Assembly: GCA_010909165.1 (NCBI GenBank) | Contig: MU008161.1 | Span: forward strand, 1,674,001 to 1,738,000 | Direction of reading: 5' to 3' | Source of the DNA: Anthoceros angustus | Taxonomy: Eukaryota; Plantae; Anthocerotophyta | DNA: 64,000 nucleotides | Part shown: positions 39,180 through 53,169 of the stretch, one piece after another | How positions within the stretch are numbered: position 1 is the stretch's first letter | How the letters are laid out: the number at the start of each line of letters is the position of its first letter | Made by a program: the position numbers and the translations under genes | Notes under the pieces: generated by a model | What the model was told of the DNA's origin: nothing | The model's database searches: none | The model's input: only the letters and a program-made list of their open reading frames with translations

Positions 39180-40412
39180 CCCTTCCCGGGGCCCCCTCCT
39201 GAGCAGAGGTCCTTCAAACCGTACTGACAGGCGACATTCAATGTTGCTCCTCTGGTAGGCCATGGCAATCAGTCTCTAAGCCCTGCCCTGCGTCCTGCCC
39301 TGCGTCCTGCGTTTTAGCCTGTGTCCACACAGAAGCACCCGTTCTCTCTTCTCATCACCTAATCACCGTCCTGCCAGACAGCCTAAACCATCTCCAATCT
39401 CGTCGGACCGATTGTTTTAGTGCACCTTCGATGCGAGACCATGGACTGGCACACACTGCCAGTGCAACTGGGGTGGCCCATTTAATCACTACTGGACCCA
39501 GCTCTGCTCTGCCGCTGCCCCCTTTTTTGCAGTCCCTTTTCGTGCCTGCATTATATATGCGTGATGCATTTGCACACGAGCTAGCTGTGCTCTCTCGTTT
39601 CCGGATGGCAGTTTGTCGGCTTCCTTTCCCCTTTATAGAGGACTGCGTAGCAAGCGCTACACAACACGCTGTGGCAGCTGGACTGCTGCATTGCCATTAC
39701 ACAACTGCTGGAACGTAATATTTTGATTAACTTTCAACGAACTTTGTCGCTTTGTGGATCCAGGCCAGGGACCGCATCCGGGCCGCAGTGGCACTGGTGG
39801 GACCAGATCCGTTGAGCGAGCTTGTCCCTTCCCACGCGTCCCGACTCCCGACTCCCGAGTCCCGACTCCCCGAGCTCTGTATGTATCCAGTATCCGCAGC
39901 AATCTATCCAGAGAAGCAACGGAACTGCTGGATGTCACCGGATGTAGAATCCAGACACTATGTACTTCCACGATAGGATGTGCCATGGGCCATGGGGTGC
40001 TTGTGAACATGTGGCGATGCCGTGCTCCTGACTCCAGAATCCTGCTTGCCTTTGCAGCATCCACTTCACAGGCTCCGCATGTGCCACACCCGCATGCGGG
40101 CTCGAGTAGCTTGCACAGCACTGCGGCATGTTGGGTTGGCAATGCCTGGAGGGGAATCGGGCAAGGGCAAGTACTGCTCACGATGAGCCATCTCTCCACC
40201 CCTCGGTTGCCCCCATCATCCTGTGCTGTCGGCCTTGCAGTGGTTGGACAGGGAGTGGTGTATGTACCCACACCCTTATTATGACATTCCCTGGGAGGCA
40301 GATGCAAGCTTTTGTTGTGGGCCGTGGCCCATTCAAGCCGTCTCTCTCTCACATCATAAGGTGACCTACACTGTCCGAACTATGTACATATGTACATGCT
40401 GTAGCAGCTAGC

Positions 40413-40444
40413 TGCACTGGCACTGGCACTGGCACTGGCACTGG
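40413..40444 (+). repeat. (GCACTG)n microsatellite
   Basis: About 5 copies visible. Confidence 0.85.
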
Positions 40445-42121
40445 CTGTGCATAAAATATTATGTGCGCCCAGTTGTGCGCGATGACAAGGAGGAAGGTGA
40501 CGTTGTGGATGCCGTGACAGGCAGTGGAAAGCTGTGTGTAAGGACCCCCTGCTACTGCATGTCAACGGTGTTTGGTGCTGGCATTCCGTTTTCCATGCTG
40601 GAACGGATGGGTTGGAACTTGGCCCCGTGTGCAAGCACCCAGCCACGCCAAGAGGGTGGACCACGGATGTTCCTCTCTTTTTACCAAAGCCGTCTTACAC
40701 CTTACCTCGCCTGCTTGGCTTATTAGCGCCAGGTTTGCCCACAACCAGTTGGAGCTTGTTAGGCTAGATCTGTACTTTGCAAATCCTCCTCTGTCGACCT
40801 TCTTCTCAGCACCTCATCAGCAGCTGCCATTATGCGCTCTTCTGGGATTCCTGAATGGAGCGACATGGCGATGGCAGGCTGCAGCCCGCAGAGATTCCCT
40901 AGGCACGCGGGGATAGTGGCTTCATCGGCCGGAGGAAGCTATTGACTACACCGTTACCAGGCAAAGTGAAAGGATCCACTTCCCCAGCGTCAACGACTGG
41001 CCAAGTAATCCATGCCCCTATGTCTGTCTCTCTGTCTTTGTTGGCATCTGTGCTGCGGAGTTCTCGATCGGGTTTTGAGGCATGTGTGCTGGAGTTATGA
41101 CTGATACCAGACTGGGCCAGCTCCCCTGCAAGGAACGTGTAACCTGGGGGATTCATTTCACGCCTGCATGGGTGGCTAACATGGCGGACTGCCTGCTTAC
41201 TGCATGTGTCACCTCTGGGGTTGAGACTTGCTTGCATTGTTGAGGAATCCCAAGAACCCTGTTTCAGCCGCATTATGATTGCACGTATTCCTAAGCTTTG
41301 CTTTTTTCACTTTCAAGACGACGTAACTAGGCATCGATGCGTAAGCTTGAGGTCTGCGCTTTTTCGTATAAGTGCATCAGGGATCCTATGACGCGGTGGC
41401 CGTCAATTCCAAGCTTTTTGCGCTCATGCTCTGCTTTTCCTCACTTCCGAGACCAAGTAACTGGACGCAGTCGCCTAAGCTTGAGACTTGTGCTTTTTCA
41501 GTACATATGAGACAGGGGATCCAATGTTAAGCACAGCGCTAATTACAAGATCTCTGTCCGGAAAGGAGCAAAGCCAGCATACCTTTCCACTCAAGGTGTG
41601 CGTACATCATTATGAGGCACCTACTTGGAGTCCCGTCAAGCAGCTCTTTAAATCATCTCTCTCTCCCTCAAGGTATGTAAGCTGCTACTCAACGACCCTC
41701 CCCCTCTCTAGGTTTCTACGCTGGTGCTCAAGAACCCTCTCCCGTAGAAAAAACCTGTGGCAACTCCAGAACCTGGATCATGACAACCGTCAGCCTTCTC
41801 AGAGTCCACTTGTTCGATCTGGTACATCGACAATTGTATGTGGAGTGAAGCACCTTACCACTCCTTATCTTCTCTTTCAACCGAGTTCTCTGTAAACAGC
41901 ATCTCTACTAGTTGATGCTGGAAACTATCAGAACATCACGAATGAAGGGATCTGTAGGTCGATCGCCTTGTGTCTTTGCTCATTCTCTATGATCCTGTTC
42001 TTGTCCTCGGTTCTATCTAACAGTGATCCCTAGTTCCCCTTCAAAGAAACATGGTTCTCATCACAAGGTCTAGCCTAGGTCATTCTGACAGTGAACACAG
42101 TACTGTAGTTTGCTATGTTAT

Positions 42122-45100
42122 CTATCTACTTGTGCTTGTCCTTCCTGAAGCACATGATGTGTTGAGACTTCCGCTGTTTCTACATACGTTTGCAGTTCCC
42201 TGATTGCTGCGTTCGTCAGGGCTGTAGCTACCCTGCTCAGAATGGACTACTGAGCTATTGGTAGCCTTGTGTTCCTGGATCTGTTGGTTTGGACTCCTAT
42301 GTTCAACATTGCTAGCAGTCACAGAACCAGGCCCATCTTCTTGAATAGTTTTATGAAACTTTCGACTAACAGGTCTCTGAGGGAGCTTGATTAACCTTGC
42401 TGCAAAGCCATGGTTACTGCAACTCTCTTCTGAGTACCAACCTACATCCTCGTATTTGTCATGAACTGGTAAGAGGCAAGATAAATCCTGCTGTCCTGTC
42501 CTTGAAATGGCTACGTGTCTTATCTGTTTGTCATGGCTGTGATATGTGCTCTTTGAAAGTTTAGGACTTTCACAGGCCTCCAATTTGGGTTCTTTGTTGG
42601 TCATCTCTTCATTTGCATCATGCATAGATTCCGTGCATGTGCTAGAAGAACTCCTCACCGACTGGTCAGCACTTCTTCCACCACACGCTTCTGGATGACT
42701 CTTTCCCTTTCTCAGGCTAATAGTTAGGTTCCTCTTTTGACAGCAACTCAACCTCGACTCCACTTCCCACTCTTTACTGGTTCTACTTGCAACCTTCCCT
42801 CTCTTAGAATGTAGACTGGTCACCCGGGTACTTCTTGAGCTCTTCCCATCAAAGCTGGGTGCTTGTGCACGTGTGTGCCTCCTTGCTCTCGATGAAATAG
42901 TCTGCTTGTGTGAAGCTCCTCTCACTTCACTAAGGCTCAATTCGCTGTTTTGATGGCTCTCCTTGCTTGCCGGATTCCTCTTGTCGTGTGTTTCCTTGCT
43001 ATCACTTGTGCCCCTTGTACTATTGGTCCTCCTCGCAGGTGACCTTTCTCCTTGTCCTGAATGTAGTGATACTGGTTTTGTAGCTTGCCCCCTCGATTCT
43101 GTGGCTGAGTGGGACTTCTGGTCGCCCGCCTCCCGCTTCGACAAGGTATGAGACTCTGCTTTCTGTACTGTGAAGTGATCCGTCTCGCAGTTTCTTTTGA
43201 ATCTTATGGGCATAGAACTGTTGTCTGAACCAGCTTGTCTAGTTTGAGGTGATTCCTCCTTAGGGTATAAATATGGTTGGGTCTTGCCCAGCGCGGGGGC
43301 GCTCTGCTGTATGAGCAAATTTCCGTCTTCAAATCTACACCAGCAAATCACCGTAAGCATGATAGCGGAACGAGGTTGCACAATGGTAATCAGTCTGGAA
43401 CAGACTTAGTCCAACCTCCCAATGCCCTTATCGATTTCGTTCGTTGAAGCTACGTGATTTCCAGCGCTCGCCGCTGTTGTGATAGCACGAATTTCAAGAG
43501 TACGTCAAGGAATATAACGAACGTCCAGTAGCTTGCACTCCACCTGGCTATTCCACTCACCTTGGGCATCTTCAGTAAAGTCACAACTCTTCTTCGTGCA
43601 GTCTCGAATAACTGTGAGATTCTCCTGCGACGTAAAACAGAAAAATGCGTGCTCAAACATATATCTGTACAAAGGGGAAACAAAAGCTTTCCGTTCACTC
43701 GAGTATTTTAGATTGCTTGTCACATGCTTACTTTTCCATTGTTAGATCCCACAAGGGATGATCTTCTTTGATCCAAAGATTTTTCTTGGGAGTTATGAAA
43801 ATCACTCTAATATTACCCAGATACAAACAACTTAATGCTATACAAAGATTTCTTTCAGATTATATAAAAAATTTAGAATTCAATTACGTAACAAACTCAA
43901 GCACCTCTAAATTTTGAAGCTTTTCTTGAAGAGTTTGGAGCTGATTTTGGGAGTCTTGTTTTTTTCTTAATATATTATAGACATCTTCAAAATTCATTTG
44001 CTGTTGTAAAAATCTGTAAAAATGGGTACTGTAAATTATATGATAAATTTTACTGCAATAAGGATTGATATAAGAAAAGTTCAAAAGAATGGTATACCTG
44101 CTTACAAGGGACGGATGTTCATTGGGAAAGAACAACTCATTCAATCTTCCTCGAGAGATATTCATTTCCACATCTTGATGCATCAATTTGTGTTCCATCT
44201 AGAGATGAGATGTACATAAAATTATGTATATTCCTTGAAGAAGAAAAATGTTTATGTCATAATTGCCTCAAATTTCATATTACATCTTTAACTGTATTGA
44301 GGAGCAAGACTTTCTCAGTAGTTTCTCTTGCAAGACGATCCTGTAGCACTTGCAAAAGTCCTTGATCATATATATTATTATTATTCTTTTCAAAGTACGT
44401 TTCGTCAGTGAGCTTGATAGTTTCAACTGCAATGGACATGTATACTCTGATCATCATATGAAGATATAACTAATAGTATGAAAGTATTATCCCTTGATTC
44501 TTGAAGAAAATATGATGGAGATAGAGTGATGAAATACCATTGATATTATCTTTATTGTTGCAAAGTTGTTTCAGAAATCTTTTGTAATTCTCGTCTCCAC
44601 TCATACTCTTTCTTAATTAAACAAAACAAGGGTTTCATTTAAATATTATTCCACTTATTGCAAATCATGGATTCAAGTTGCTAATTACGTGCAGTACCTT
44701 TGAAGAATATTATTTGCTTGAATTTGTAACAATTCATACTTATGAACTAGATCACTTTCTCTTGATCGCAAGAGCTTTTCTTTTTTAGCCAAAAGACCTT
44801 CTCTTTGTGCCAATTTAACTTCCTACAGCACTTTTATTACTTGTCACTAAACCAATCAACATAGAAACAATAAGCACTTGAATTTAAAACTACCTGTTCA
44901 TCAGTATACGATTTCAACTTTTCTTCTCTTTGTCTAAGATTGTTCAAGTCAGAAAGAATCCTTTGTCGATGTTCATAAGCGGATGTCTCAATTTCCTGCA
45001 TAACATGAATCAACTAATAAGTCATATCTATAATTTTCTATTTAATAATATATTTTAAATATTTATCAAATTTTAAAACCTTTGCACACACCTTTTGTTT

Positions 45101-46423
45101 TGCTGCCAGCGTCTCCAAAAAATGAGTTTCCCTTCCGTGTAGACCTTCCAGATCAACTTTGTGAAACTTGTCCGAATCTTGTTTTGCTTTGATTAACTGT
45201 CTAGAAGCAAACATAAAAAAATTATTTTTACTTGTCCAAACAAGTTTTTAACTTCATTGTTGAGTATATCTTATACTTACTTTTTAAATTCTGCCTCTTT
45301 TGATCTCATGTCACTGATTTGCATATCAATAATTTTTCTGACCTATTGAAATATAAGCATGAACTTGAAGTTATTATAGAAAGTCTTTGTAACTCAAATG
45401 TGTGTTTTAGAATTATTTACATGAAAAGTTTCTATTCTTCAAATTACATGTTATTTGAACACCTAATTCGCAACTAGGAAGATTACTTGCAAATGCATAT
45501 AATTTTCAAGGTCTTCATTGAACAGGTGAGTTTGTTCTGCCATGTTGCGGTCTAAAATGAGTCTTTGAGCTTGTGCCTTGTGTAAAAACTCTTCACCAAT
45601 TTCTGGGATGTAATTATCTGCTCAAGAAGTGTCTCCTAGTCAAAATATAATAAGTTCTTTGGGCATGGAAAATGAAATACCTTTACTAAAAGATACGTAT
45701 TTTTATAAAATATATAAATAAGTGGGTTGATATTCACCAAATTTCTTCGGTCCAAAGACATCGGGCGTTTGTGTGGACGCTTCTTTTGAGTTGTTGGGGA
45801 AAGACATATTTTGTAAGCCCATCACTAACTTTTGTGCTAAACAACAATTTTCTCCAGATGTCTAAAATACAAATCAACAATCATGGCACTCCAATTTAAC
45901 AATTGATACTCATATAATTCACATATTTGCTAGAGAAATTTATTATTATATGCTTACCTTCTCCATGTGACGATAAAATGAAGATGAAGTATCCAAATGA
46001 AAGAGTTGAAGCATTTCTTGGTGAGAAAAAGGAGGCCAATGTCCCATTTGGCATTCCGGTAAAAACACAGAAAGTGTGAAACAATAAGCATTGCTTTGAA
46101 GATAGTCAACAAACAAGCTTATCAAAAGCCGCTCTTGTAGTGATGACGGCCTCCTCGTGTTTGGGCTTTTGGTTCCATCCTGATTGTGGTCTCGAAGCCG
46201 ATCCATAAGCTTTGCACGTAGTTGGCTCTGCGTGAAAATCAGCATATCTTATCATCATAATCTACTCTTTTAATGTATCAACTTACCATCAAATGAAATT
46301 TAGGAAACTTGGTCCCAAAACCTTCAGAAGATTTAGAGTGCCGGAGGACAAAAGAGCATTGTACAACTCTTTCTTGAACTCATTTTCCGACAGTCCTCCC
46401 GAGTTACCAAGTTCCTTAGCCAT
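42122..46423 (-). CDS. OFD1: OFD1-like centriolar LisH/coiled-coil protein, multi-exon; 3' extent uncertain
   Basis: Exon 46423-46322 EFKKELYNALLSSGTLNLLK spliced to exon 46227-45958 SQLRAKLMDRL...LISLFVDYLQSNAYCFTLSVFLPE (LisH); later exon EIETSAYEHRQRILSDLNNLRQREEKLK parallels OFD1; Ser-rich large exon 43381-42122. Confidence 0.8.
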
Positions 46424-46767
46424 GGCCCTTCAAACTCGCCTAGCAACACCAAATTCTGATCCCAACCTAATATCATTTACTTTTCGGCTACATGTTCCCG
46501 TTTTGGCCCTTTCGGTGAATCCCTACTCGACAGGGAACATGATTGCAGGACGTTTCGCCAGAAGAAACCTCATTACAGACTGACTGCTTAACCGCAATAT
46601 GCGTCCCTGTGGAATACCTTTTATTCGAGTTCCACTACCGGGCAGACTTCGGTCTTGCTTCACTTCGAGAGCGGGACAACCCTTCATGCCTCAGCTTGTT
46701 TACTCACTGCTGGAACTTCGAAGGTGCTTCATCTCGAAAGCGGGACGACCCTGCGTGGCCAGCTCGT

Positions 46768-48375
46768 CTAGAGACTAACTACTTTGGGAGTCAAAAAGTT
46801 ACCTTCCTGCAGTGATGTGACACTTTCTCTGACAGCATCCTCAACGGACTTCAGCTCAAGTCCAAGCTCCTTCTCTGCTTTCTCACTTGAGGCCACAAGC
46901 TTCTTGACTCTTGGTTGTCCCGGGAAATCAGGCCTGGGCATGCATTACCTTTGTCCATAAAACATGCTGACATCGACTTCGATCCGTTCTACCGCAACTT
47001 TGACTACCCTGGACAGATGAGGCCATGGGCTGTGTAGCACTTACTTGGCAACGACTTCAAATTCAGGATACAGCTTCTGTAGCAACTCCACCAATTCACC
47101 CAGATGGACAGCCTCCTTAGAGACTATATATCGGCCAGATGCGTTCTGGTTTTCATAAGCTAGGATGTGCGCAAGAGCTACATCTTTCACATGTACGAAA
47201 CCAAATGCACGATTCGGATATGTCTCAGACCCTGCAAGAAACGACAGGGGAAGCCTTGAGCTACCCCAGTAGCTATTAAATAACAGACTAAGCCCCCATT
47301 AATCCTGCATCGCCCTGCAACTGTGGTCCCAAAACACCAAACTAAGATCAAACTCACCTTGCAGGAAGCGAAGAATGTACTCAGAGCTCGTGTTCAGTGT
47401 CGGCTGGAGGAGGGCCCCAACCACCATGGATGGATTGATAACCACCAAATCCAGATTATTCTTCTTCGCAAAATCCCAAGCTGCTTGTTCTGCCAATGTC
47501 TTGGACAGTGGATACCAGGCCTGCCAATTAAATATCCAAGGGGGATGAGATGTATCGTGTGACCAGCTAGTTCACCTATGAAGCTTTCCTACAAATAAGC
47601 TCACCTTTATGCTCTTGGCATATTCAGCGTCAGTCCAGTCACTCTCATTAACAGCTGTCTTTGCTTCACGACTATTATTAATCGCGGCCACAGACGATGT
47701 GAGAACCACCCGCCTCACAGTTTTTGCTTTGGCAGCAGCTCGTAACACATTCAGAGTCCCGTTGACGGCTGGTTCGAGCAGATCTTTCTGCTCGGAAAAC
47801 ACTCATTTCAGCCTACGACTTCCAATAAACACCAACAATGCAATCCACCCAAGTAATGTTTGCCAGGGCCGAAATACAAGGTACAACAAAAGGCAAATTC
47901 GTCCTCCAGCCCTAACGAAGAACACGCGACAGTCCTTACCTGAGGATCAGTGACATTATAAAAAAATGGGGAAGCAGTGTGGAAAACTCCATAACAACCA
48001 TCGACGGCAGCATCAAAGGAGCCTTCCACGAGCAGGTCTGCCTTAACCAGGTGGAGCCTCTGATCCGCGCCGGGCAAGCTTAGCAAGTGGTTGGTCTTCG
48101 AGGCAGCTCCTGAAAAAATTCATGTGAGCAGGAGACGCTCTATTTACTGTATATCGTCGAGACCACGAAAAGGTGGAGAACAGACCCGCCCACGGCCACT
48201 CTTACAAGCGACGAGCGCAACACTTCATAATTCACAGGAAAGCGTTATACAACCGACACTCACCAGTGTCTCGCACCGTGGCCCGAACGGTGTAATCTCT
48301 TTCGAGCAGCAGCTTCACCAACCAGGATGCGATGAATCCAGATGCCCCAGTCACACACACAAGCTTTCCAGCCAT
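46768..48375 (-). CDS. Cinnamoyl-CoA reductase-like NAD(P)-dependent SDR, multi-exon
   Basis: [78 protein letters not shown]. Confidence 0.95.
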
Positions 48376-49164
48376 GTTTCTTCCCGAGCGCGGCCAGGCG
48401 CGGTGTTGTGTTGGAACAGAATGCAATGAAGTTGGTGCATGGCCCCAGTTTCTAGAAGGGATCTAGGTAGGTACCTCGTAGCACTTCCGTCCTCGAAGCT
48501 ATCACTGGGGATTTTTTTTAATTTAATGTTTTTGAAAATAAATCAAAACAAACCCGGGGGAGAAATCTTGAGGAAGGGTTCTGATTCCCTATGTTACACA
48601 AGGTATTATGGCAACAGAAAGAGACTGTGCTCTTCCTAGGGTCATATCAATACGTGCTTACATACCATCGCAGGTTATGTGGGACTTTGGGAAATCACTG
48701 GGGCATGTTAAGAATGTTAAGATATATATATATATAATGAACTTTATACTTGTAGAGTATCTTCGTAGGGCTTTACAGCATATAGCCCTGTAGGACTTTT
48801 TACAATAGGCATGTAGGGTGCTCAAAGTAAGACTTGGGAGCTTCCCTTGTGGATTCTTAATCAAATTGCACAAGGAAAAATTCTGTAAACATAGCTGAAA
48901 ATTTTGTGAGGCCATTGCGGTAAGATCCATGTAAGTGGTTGGGAAGATTGTTGAGGATTTCGTGTCCATCTGTGGTATCAAAGCTTGAAGTTGTTCTCTA
49001 GCCTTGTAACTCGACACATCCATCATGGGTTGTCGCGCGTGCCTCGTAACATCGCGGTAACTGCAAGCTCAAGAGCATGGGCTTGCAGTTACCGCGACGG
49101 TGTTTGCAAGCCCCGCGATGCTCCCGATCACGCACCGGGTGCCTCCCTGTCCTCAATGCACCTC

Positions 49165-49270
49165 CGTCAAGTTATCGTCGTTCCGTCACTTTCTGCCCTC
49201 CGTCAAGTTGTCGTTGTTCCGCCACTTTCTGCCCTCCATCAAGTTGTCGTCATTCCACAACTTTCTGTCA
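49165..49270 (+). repeat. 36-bp tandem repeat x3 (cgtcaagttrtcgtygttccgycactttctgccctc)
   Basis: Directly visible. Confidence 0.85.
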
Positions 49271-49801
49271 AATGCTTGGCAAAACGACTGACTCCCAATT
49301 TGACAATACCAATCCCATCCTTCCATCTTGTGCGCTTCCATTGCTTGTTCAAATGTATGTTAGATCCTCCTTATATGGACTTGGCCAACACTTCCAGATG
49401 TTGTTTCCACTCCTCAAAACCTTTCCACCACTCCCTTCTCTCCATCCACATCTCGAATAAGTTCCTGGTGTTATTAGAGCTTGGGCGGAGGGAAACCATG
49501 CAAGCCTAACTACGGTTGACAGCATTATTAGCTTGCTGTATGAATCTAGGATGCTCTTGCATCCTCTCTCACCGTCGATGCGGTGGCCGAATGCTCCAGG
49601 CCCCGGGAATTTAGACATTGATGGCGCGTGCATGTGGCTCACCTTCTCTGCTGGATTGAGCGTAGACTCATGGGTGACCCTTGTGGGCTTAGCAAGGAAG
49701 TGATGGTACTCTTATAGAGGAAGTGTGGCCGGACCCGGAAGCTAATCCGGTGACTGACCCGGCACAAGTTGCCATGTCCCAACCCCCACGCCATCATCAG
49801 C

Positions 49802-49961
49802 TGTTAAAGATTAGAGTGTAGTTAACCTATCAGTTATTATGTATTTATTAACTTAGGGTTATTGGTGAACAGTCACCATGAACATTTATAAGACAATTTT
49901 GTGTTCATTTTCTTTAGTTGAATTTACAATCATTTGTATGCTTCCACTTATAAAAGTGATA
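49802..49961 (+). repeat. 5' LTR of the Copia element (TG...TA)
   Basis: Matches 60838-60997 with 6 substitutions and 2 single-base indels by my manual count. Confidence 0.93.
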
Positions 49962-49973
49962 TGGTATCAGAGC
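49962..49973 (+). promoter_or_regulatory. Primer binding site complementary to initiator tRNA-Met
   Basis: TGGTATCAGAGC directly after the 5' LTR. Confidence 0.95.
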
Positions 49974-51145
49974 ACCTAGGTGCCTTATTTCTGTGTCTTG
50001 TGCTAGATCAATATGATGGTATCTACACTCCAGAATTAAATGGATCCTAGGATCTCACGGTCTCTACCACTGCAATTTTTTCTGCTTGCTCTAATATGAA
50101 TATGACAAGCAATACAGCAATGACGTGCAGGACTTGGCTTCGACTTGAGGATCTGTTCTGCTTTGCTGATGCTGCTGATCACCTCAGAGCCCAGGCAGAA
50201 TTAGACAGAAATTTCCTCGGGAATCGGACACTAAAGTAGATGCCGAGCTCCAGACACCCAAGGAGAACACCAGTTCAAAAATCTGAGTCAAGGAATCTCG
50301 TAGAGTGTCTCCCCGTCCGCATCCTTGCGTCCATTGTTTAGGAGTTCACAATCAGCAAAGAGAAGAAGACCCTAATCTGGAGTTTTTCAAGCATGCACGT
50401 GCTAGACAGCTCTTAAATTCTCGTCTTCAATCCATAGAAAATTTGTTGATGTTAGTCTCCACGTAACTAACTAGAAGGATTACCTCAGTGATGAGAAGAC
50501 TCGAAGAAATCCAGGCCACCGTTGATGAATTGGATGTCTCCCTTGAACTACTTAACATTTCAGGATCTATTGTTCTCTGTGCAAGAGACCTAAATGCTGC
50601 ACTCTACTGCCCCAGCCTCAATCTAAGACTAAATGAGGCGCCCTAGGGCATAGTTCTGTGATTTCTACTAGGATTGTAGAGCCTTCGGCCAAATTTTCAG
50701 TGTTTAGATGCAGAATTTTACCTGATTCTGTAGTCACTTGCTGCTGGCTATTAAGAGGCGTCACGGGATCTTGTGGCGGTTGGTGAGGAGAGCCACTTGG
50801 AAAGGTGCCCTAATAGCCTTTGCCAGCTGGCCCTTCTCACAACCTTCAAGTTCTCTTTTCCTAGAATCCCTAAAAATAAAATCTGAAACGATGTTAAGTT
50901 AGTACCTATTCATAGCTCACTTGTTTGTGCCCCTTCACATCTTACTAGCCTTTAGTTTCTCTGCTAGCAGTCCTTCATATCCTTTTCAGGTTACCTCTTA
51001 GTTTGTCATCAATCTCATGTCAGCCTTCTGGTGGAGCTAAAATAGTGATATTGACGAAGACGAGGATACTGAGGCTGATTTTTTGTCTTCTCTGGCCACG
51101 CAATTTCCTTCTTATACTCCTCTAGTTCCACAAGTACAAGTCAGC

Positions 51146-53075
51146 ATGGCTACATTTGCTGGTGGCAGCTATGGTAGAGAAGTCAAGGAAAAAGACAGGT
51201 TTGATGGTAAATCAGCTAGGTATGAGAGCTGGAGAGCAAGAATGAAAGCTTTCTTTGATGCTAGGGACGTCTGGATGACTCAATTTCTAAACCAGGCCCA
51301 GGAGCCTCACCTAATGAGATTGCCAAATTCAATAAAGGCAATAAAATTGCCTTCGCCATCTTGCTGTCCGAATTGGATGAAGCCACTGTGACAGAGGTGG
51401 AATTCCTCCCTACAGCAGCAGACGTCTGGACACAGTTGGAGGACACATATCAAGTTCAGAATATACTAACATTGGTTGCTGTACGAAATGAATACTATGG
51501 GCTGAGAATGAGAGAAAGGGACAGCATTGGAGCACATATAAGCAGGTTTTGCTATCTGAAGGCAAGACGTACTATGCTTGGCAGCAAGCTGGATGAAATT
51601 GAATTCGTTGCTCAGCTTCTTTCAAGTCTTCCTTCCTTCTATCAGCAATTCATTTCAAGTCAAAATTCTTTGTTGCGAGCATTTGTTTCAATAGTGAAGT
51701 CTGGGGAAGCACCAACCTTGACCCTCAATGAGCTCATTGGAGCTCTCCTTGAAGAGGAGCAAAGTTGAACAAGATCTAGTGGCACGGCAAGGGTGCACAC
51801 TAATAAAATTTTGTTTGCAACAAAGGGAAAAACGTTTGGGCAGGGGAGAGAGAAGGGGAAGAAGAAGAATAATCCATCTTCGGCTGCTCCCGCTGCTACC
51901 AAACGCAACGGTACTTGCAATTGGTATCAGATTCCTGGTCACTGGGAGCGGGATTGTCGTAAGAAGAAGGCTGGAGAACCAAGGAAGGATTCCAAACCGA
52001 CTGCGAACGTTGCCTCTAAGGGATCTTCCTCTTCTCAACCCGTAAACAAGAGTAGTTCTTCTGTTCTCACAATCTGCCTTACTTCATTCAGGGAGGTCTT
52101 CCCAATTTGGTTCATAGAATCTGGGGCAACCACCCGTGTATGTAACAATAGGCACTTGTTCACAATCTTCAAAAATCAGAGGGAGAAACAAGAGGTTTAT
52201 GTGGGGGATTCTCATGGAGTTGGAGTCAAGGGGAGTGGAACAATGAATGGTCAGTTGCTGGATGTCCTTAATGTTCCTGGAATGTCTAAGAACTTGCATA
52301 GAAATGTCTAAGATCAAGGTGATCTTCAGTTCTGTTTGGGCATACAGATTTTGCGCCATAGAACTACTGGTCATATTATCCTCCATCAAACCAAATATAT
52401 GAAAGAGATTTTAAAACGCTTTCACCTTGATGAGGCTCGACCTGTTACGACGCCCTCTGTAGTGGAGGAAAAGCTCAGTGTCGAGTAGGCTCCACAGAGT
52501 GCTGCTGACATTAAAGACATGGCAGCTGTTCCGTACGCAGAGGCCGTTGGTTCCTTGATTTTTCTAGCCAACTGGATACGTCATGGCATCAGTTACAGCG
52601 TTAGCATGGTGTCCCAGTTCTTGCAACAGCCTAGACGAGCTCATTGGACAACCGTTAAGCGCGTATACCGCTATCTTAAGGGCACTGTTATCTATGGTCT
52701 GCAATACTCATCAAGTGGGAGCAAGTCACTTTTACTTACCGCGCGCTTATGCAGATGCTGACTGGGCTTCCAATGCTGATGTAAGAAAAAGCCTTTCAAC
52801 TTGTTGCTTCATCCTTGCCTCTGGGTCTGTTAGCTGAAGTTGCAAGAGACAAGGATCTCTTGCTTTGTCTTCTACGGAAGGTGAGTATAAAGCCCTTACA
52901 GATGCCTGCAAAGAGGTAGAATGGGAGCGTCAATTCTTAGATTCCGTCAATCAATCACAGCCTGACCCTACTAGTCTGTTTTGTGATAACATGGGTGCTA
53001 TAGCTCTAGTTGCTAATCCTAGGTTTCATGCTAGGACTAAACATATAGAACTCTATCACCATTACATCCGGAAAC
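51146..53075 (+). pseudogene. Copia gag-pol relic (gag, Zn knuckle, protease, RT C-terminus, RNase H); integrase and most of RT deleted
   Basis: FDGKSARYESWRARMKAFF, CNWYQIPGHWERDC, WFIESGATTRVC, VPYAEAVGSL, YADADWA, SSTEGEY, FCDNMGAI, FHARTKHIEL; stops and frameshifts. Confidence 0.92.
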
Positions 53076-53169
53076 CTATCAGCTTAGTGGATGAAGCATC
53101 ATGTTCTTATTCTAAGCATGAAATAACAACTTCTAGCCTTAGTGGTAGAAACTGAAGCTAGTGCAGAAA

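Noticed and set aside
38026-41400. Many 100-290 aa ORFs with poly-Q/A/L
   Set aside because: GC-rich low-complexity upstream DNA with CAG repeats and no recognisable domains.
53029-53045. ARTKH resembling the H3 N-terminus ARTKQ
   Set aside because: Standard Copia RNase H motif (FHARTKHIE), not a histone mimic.
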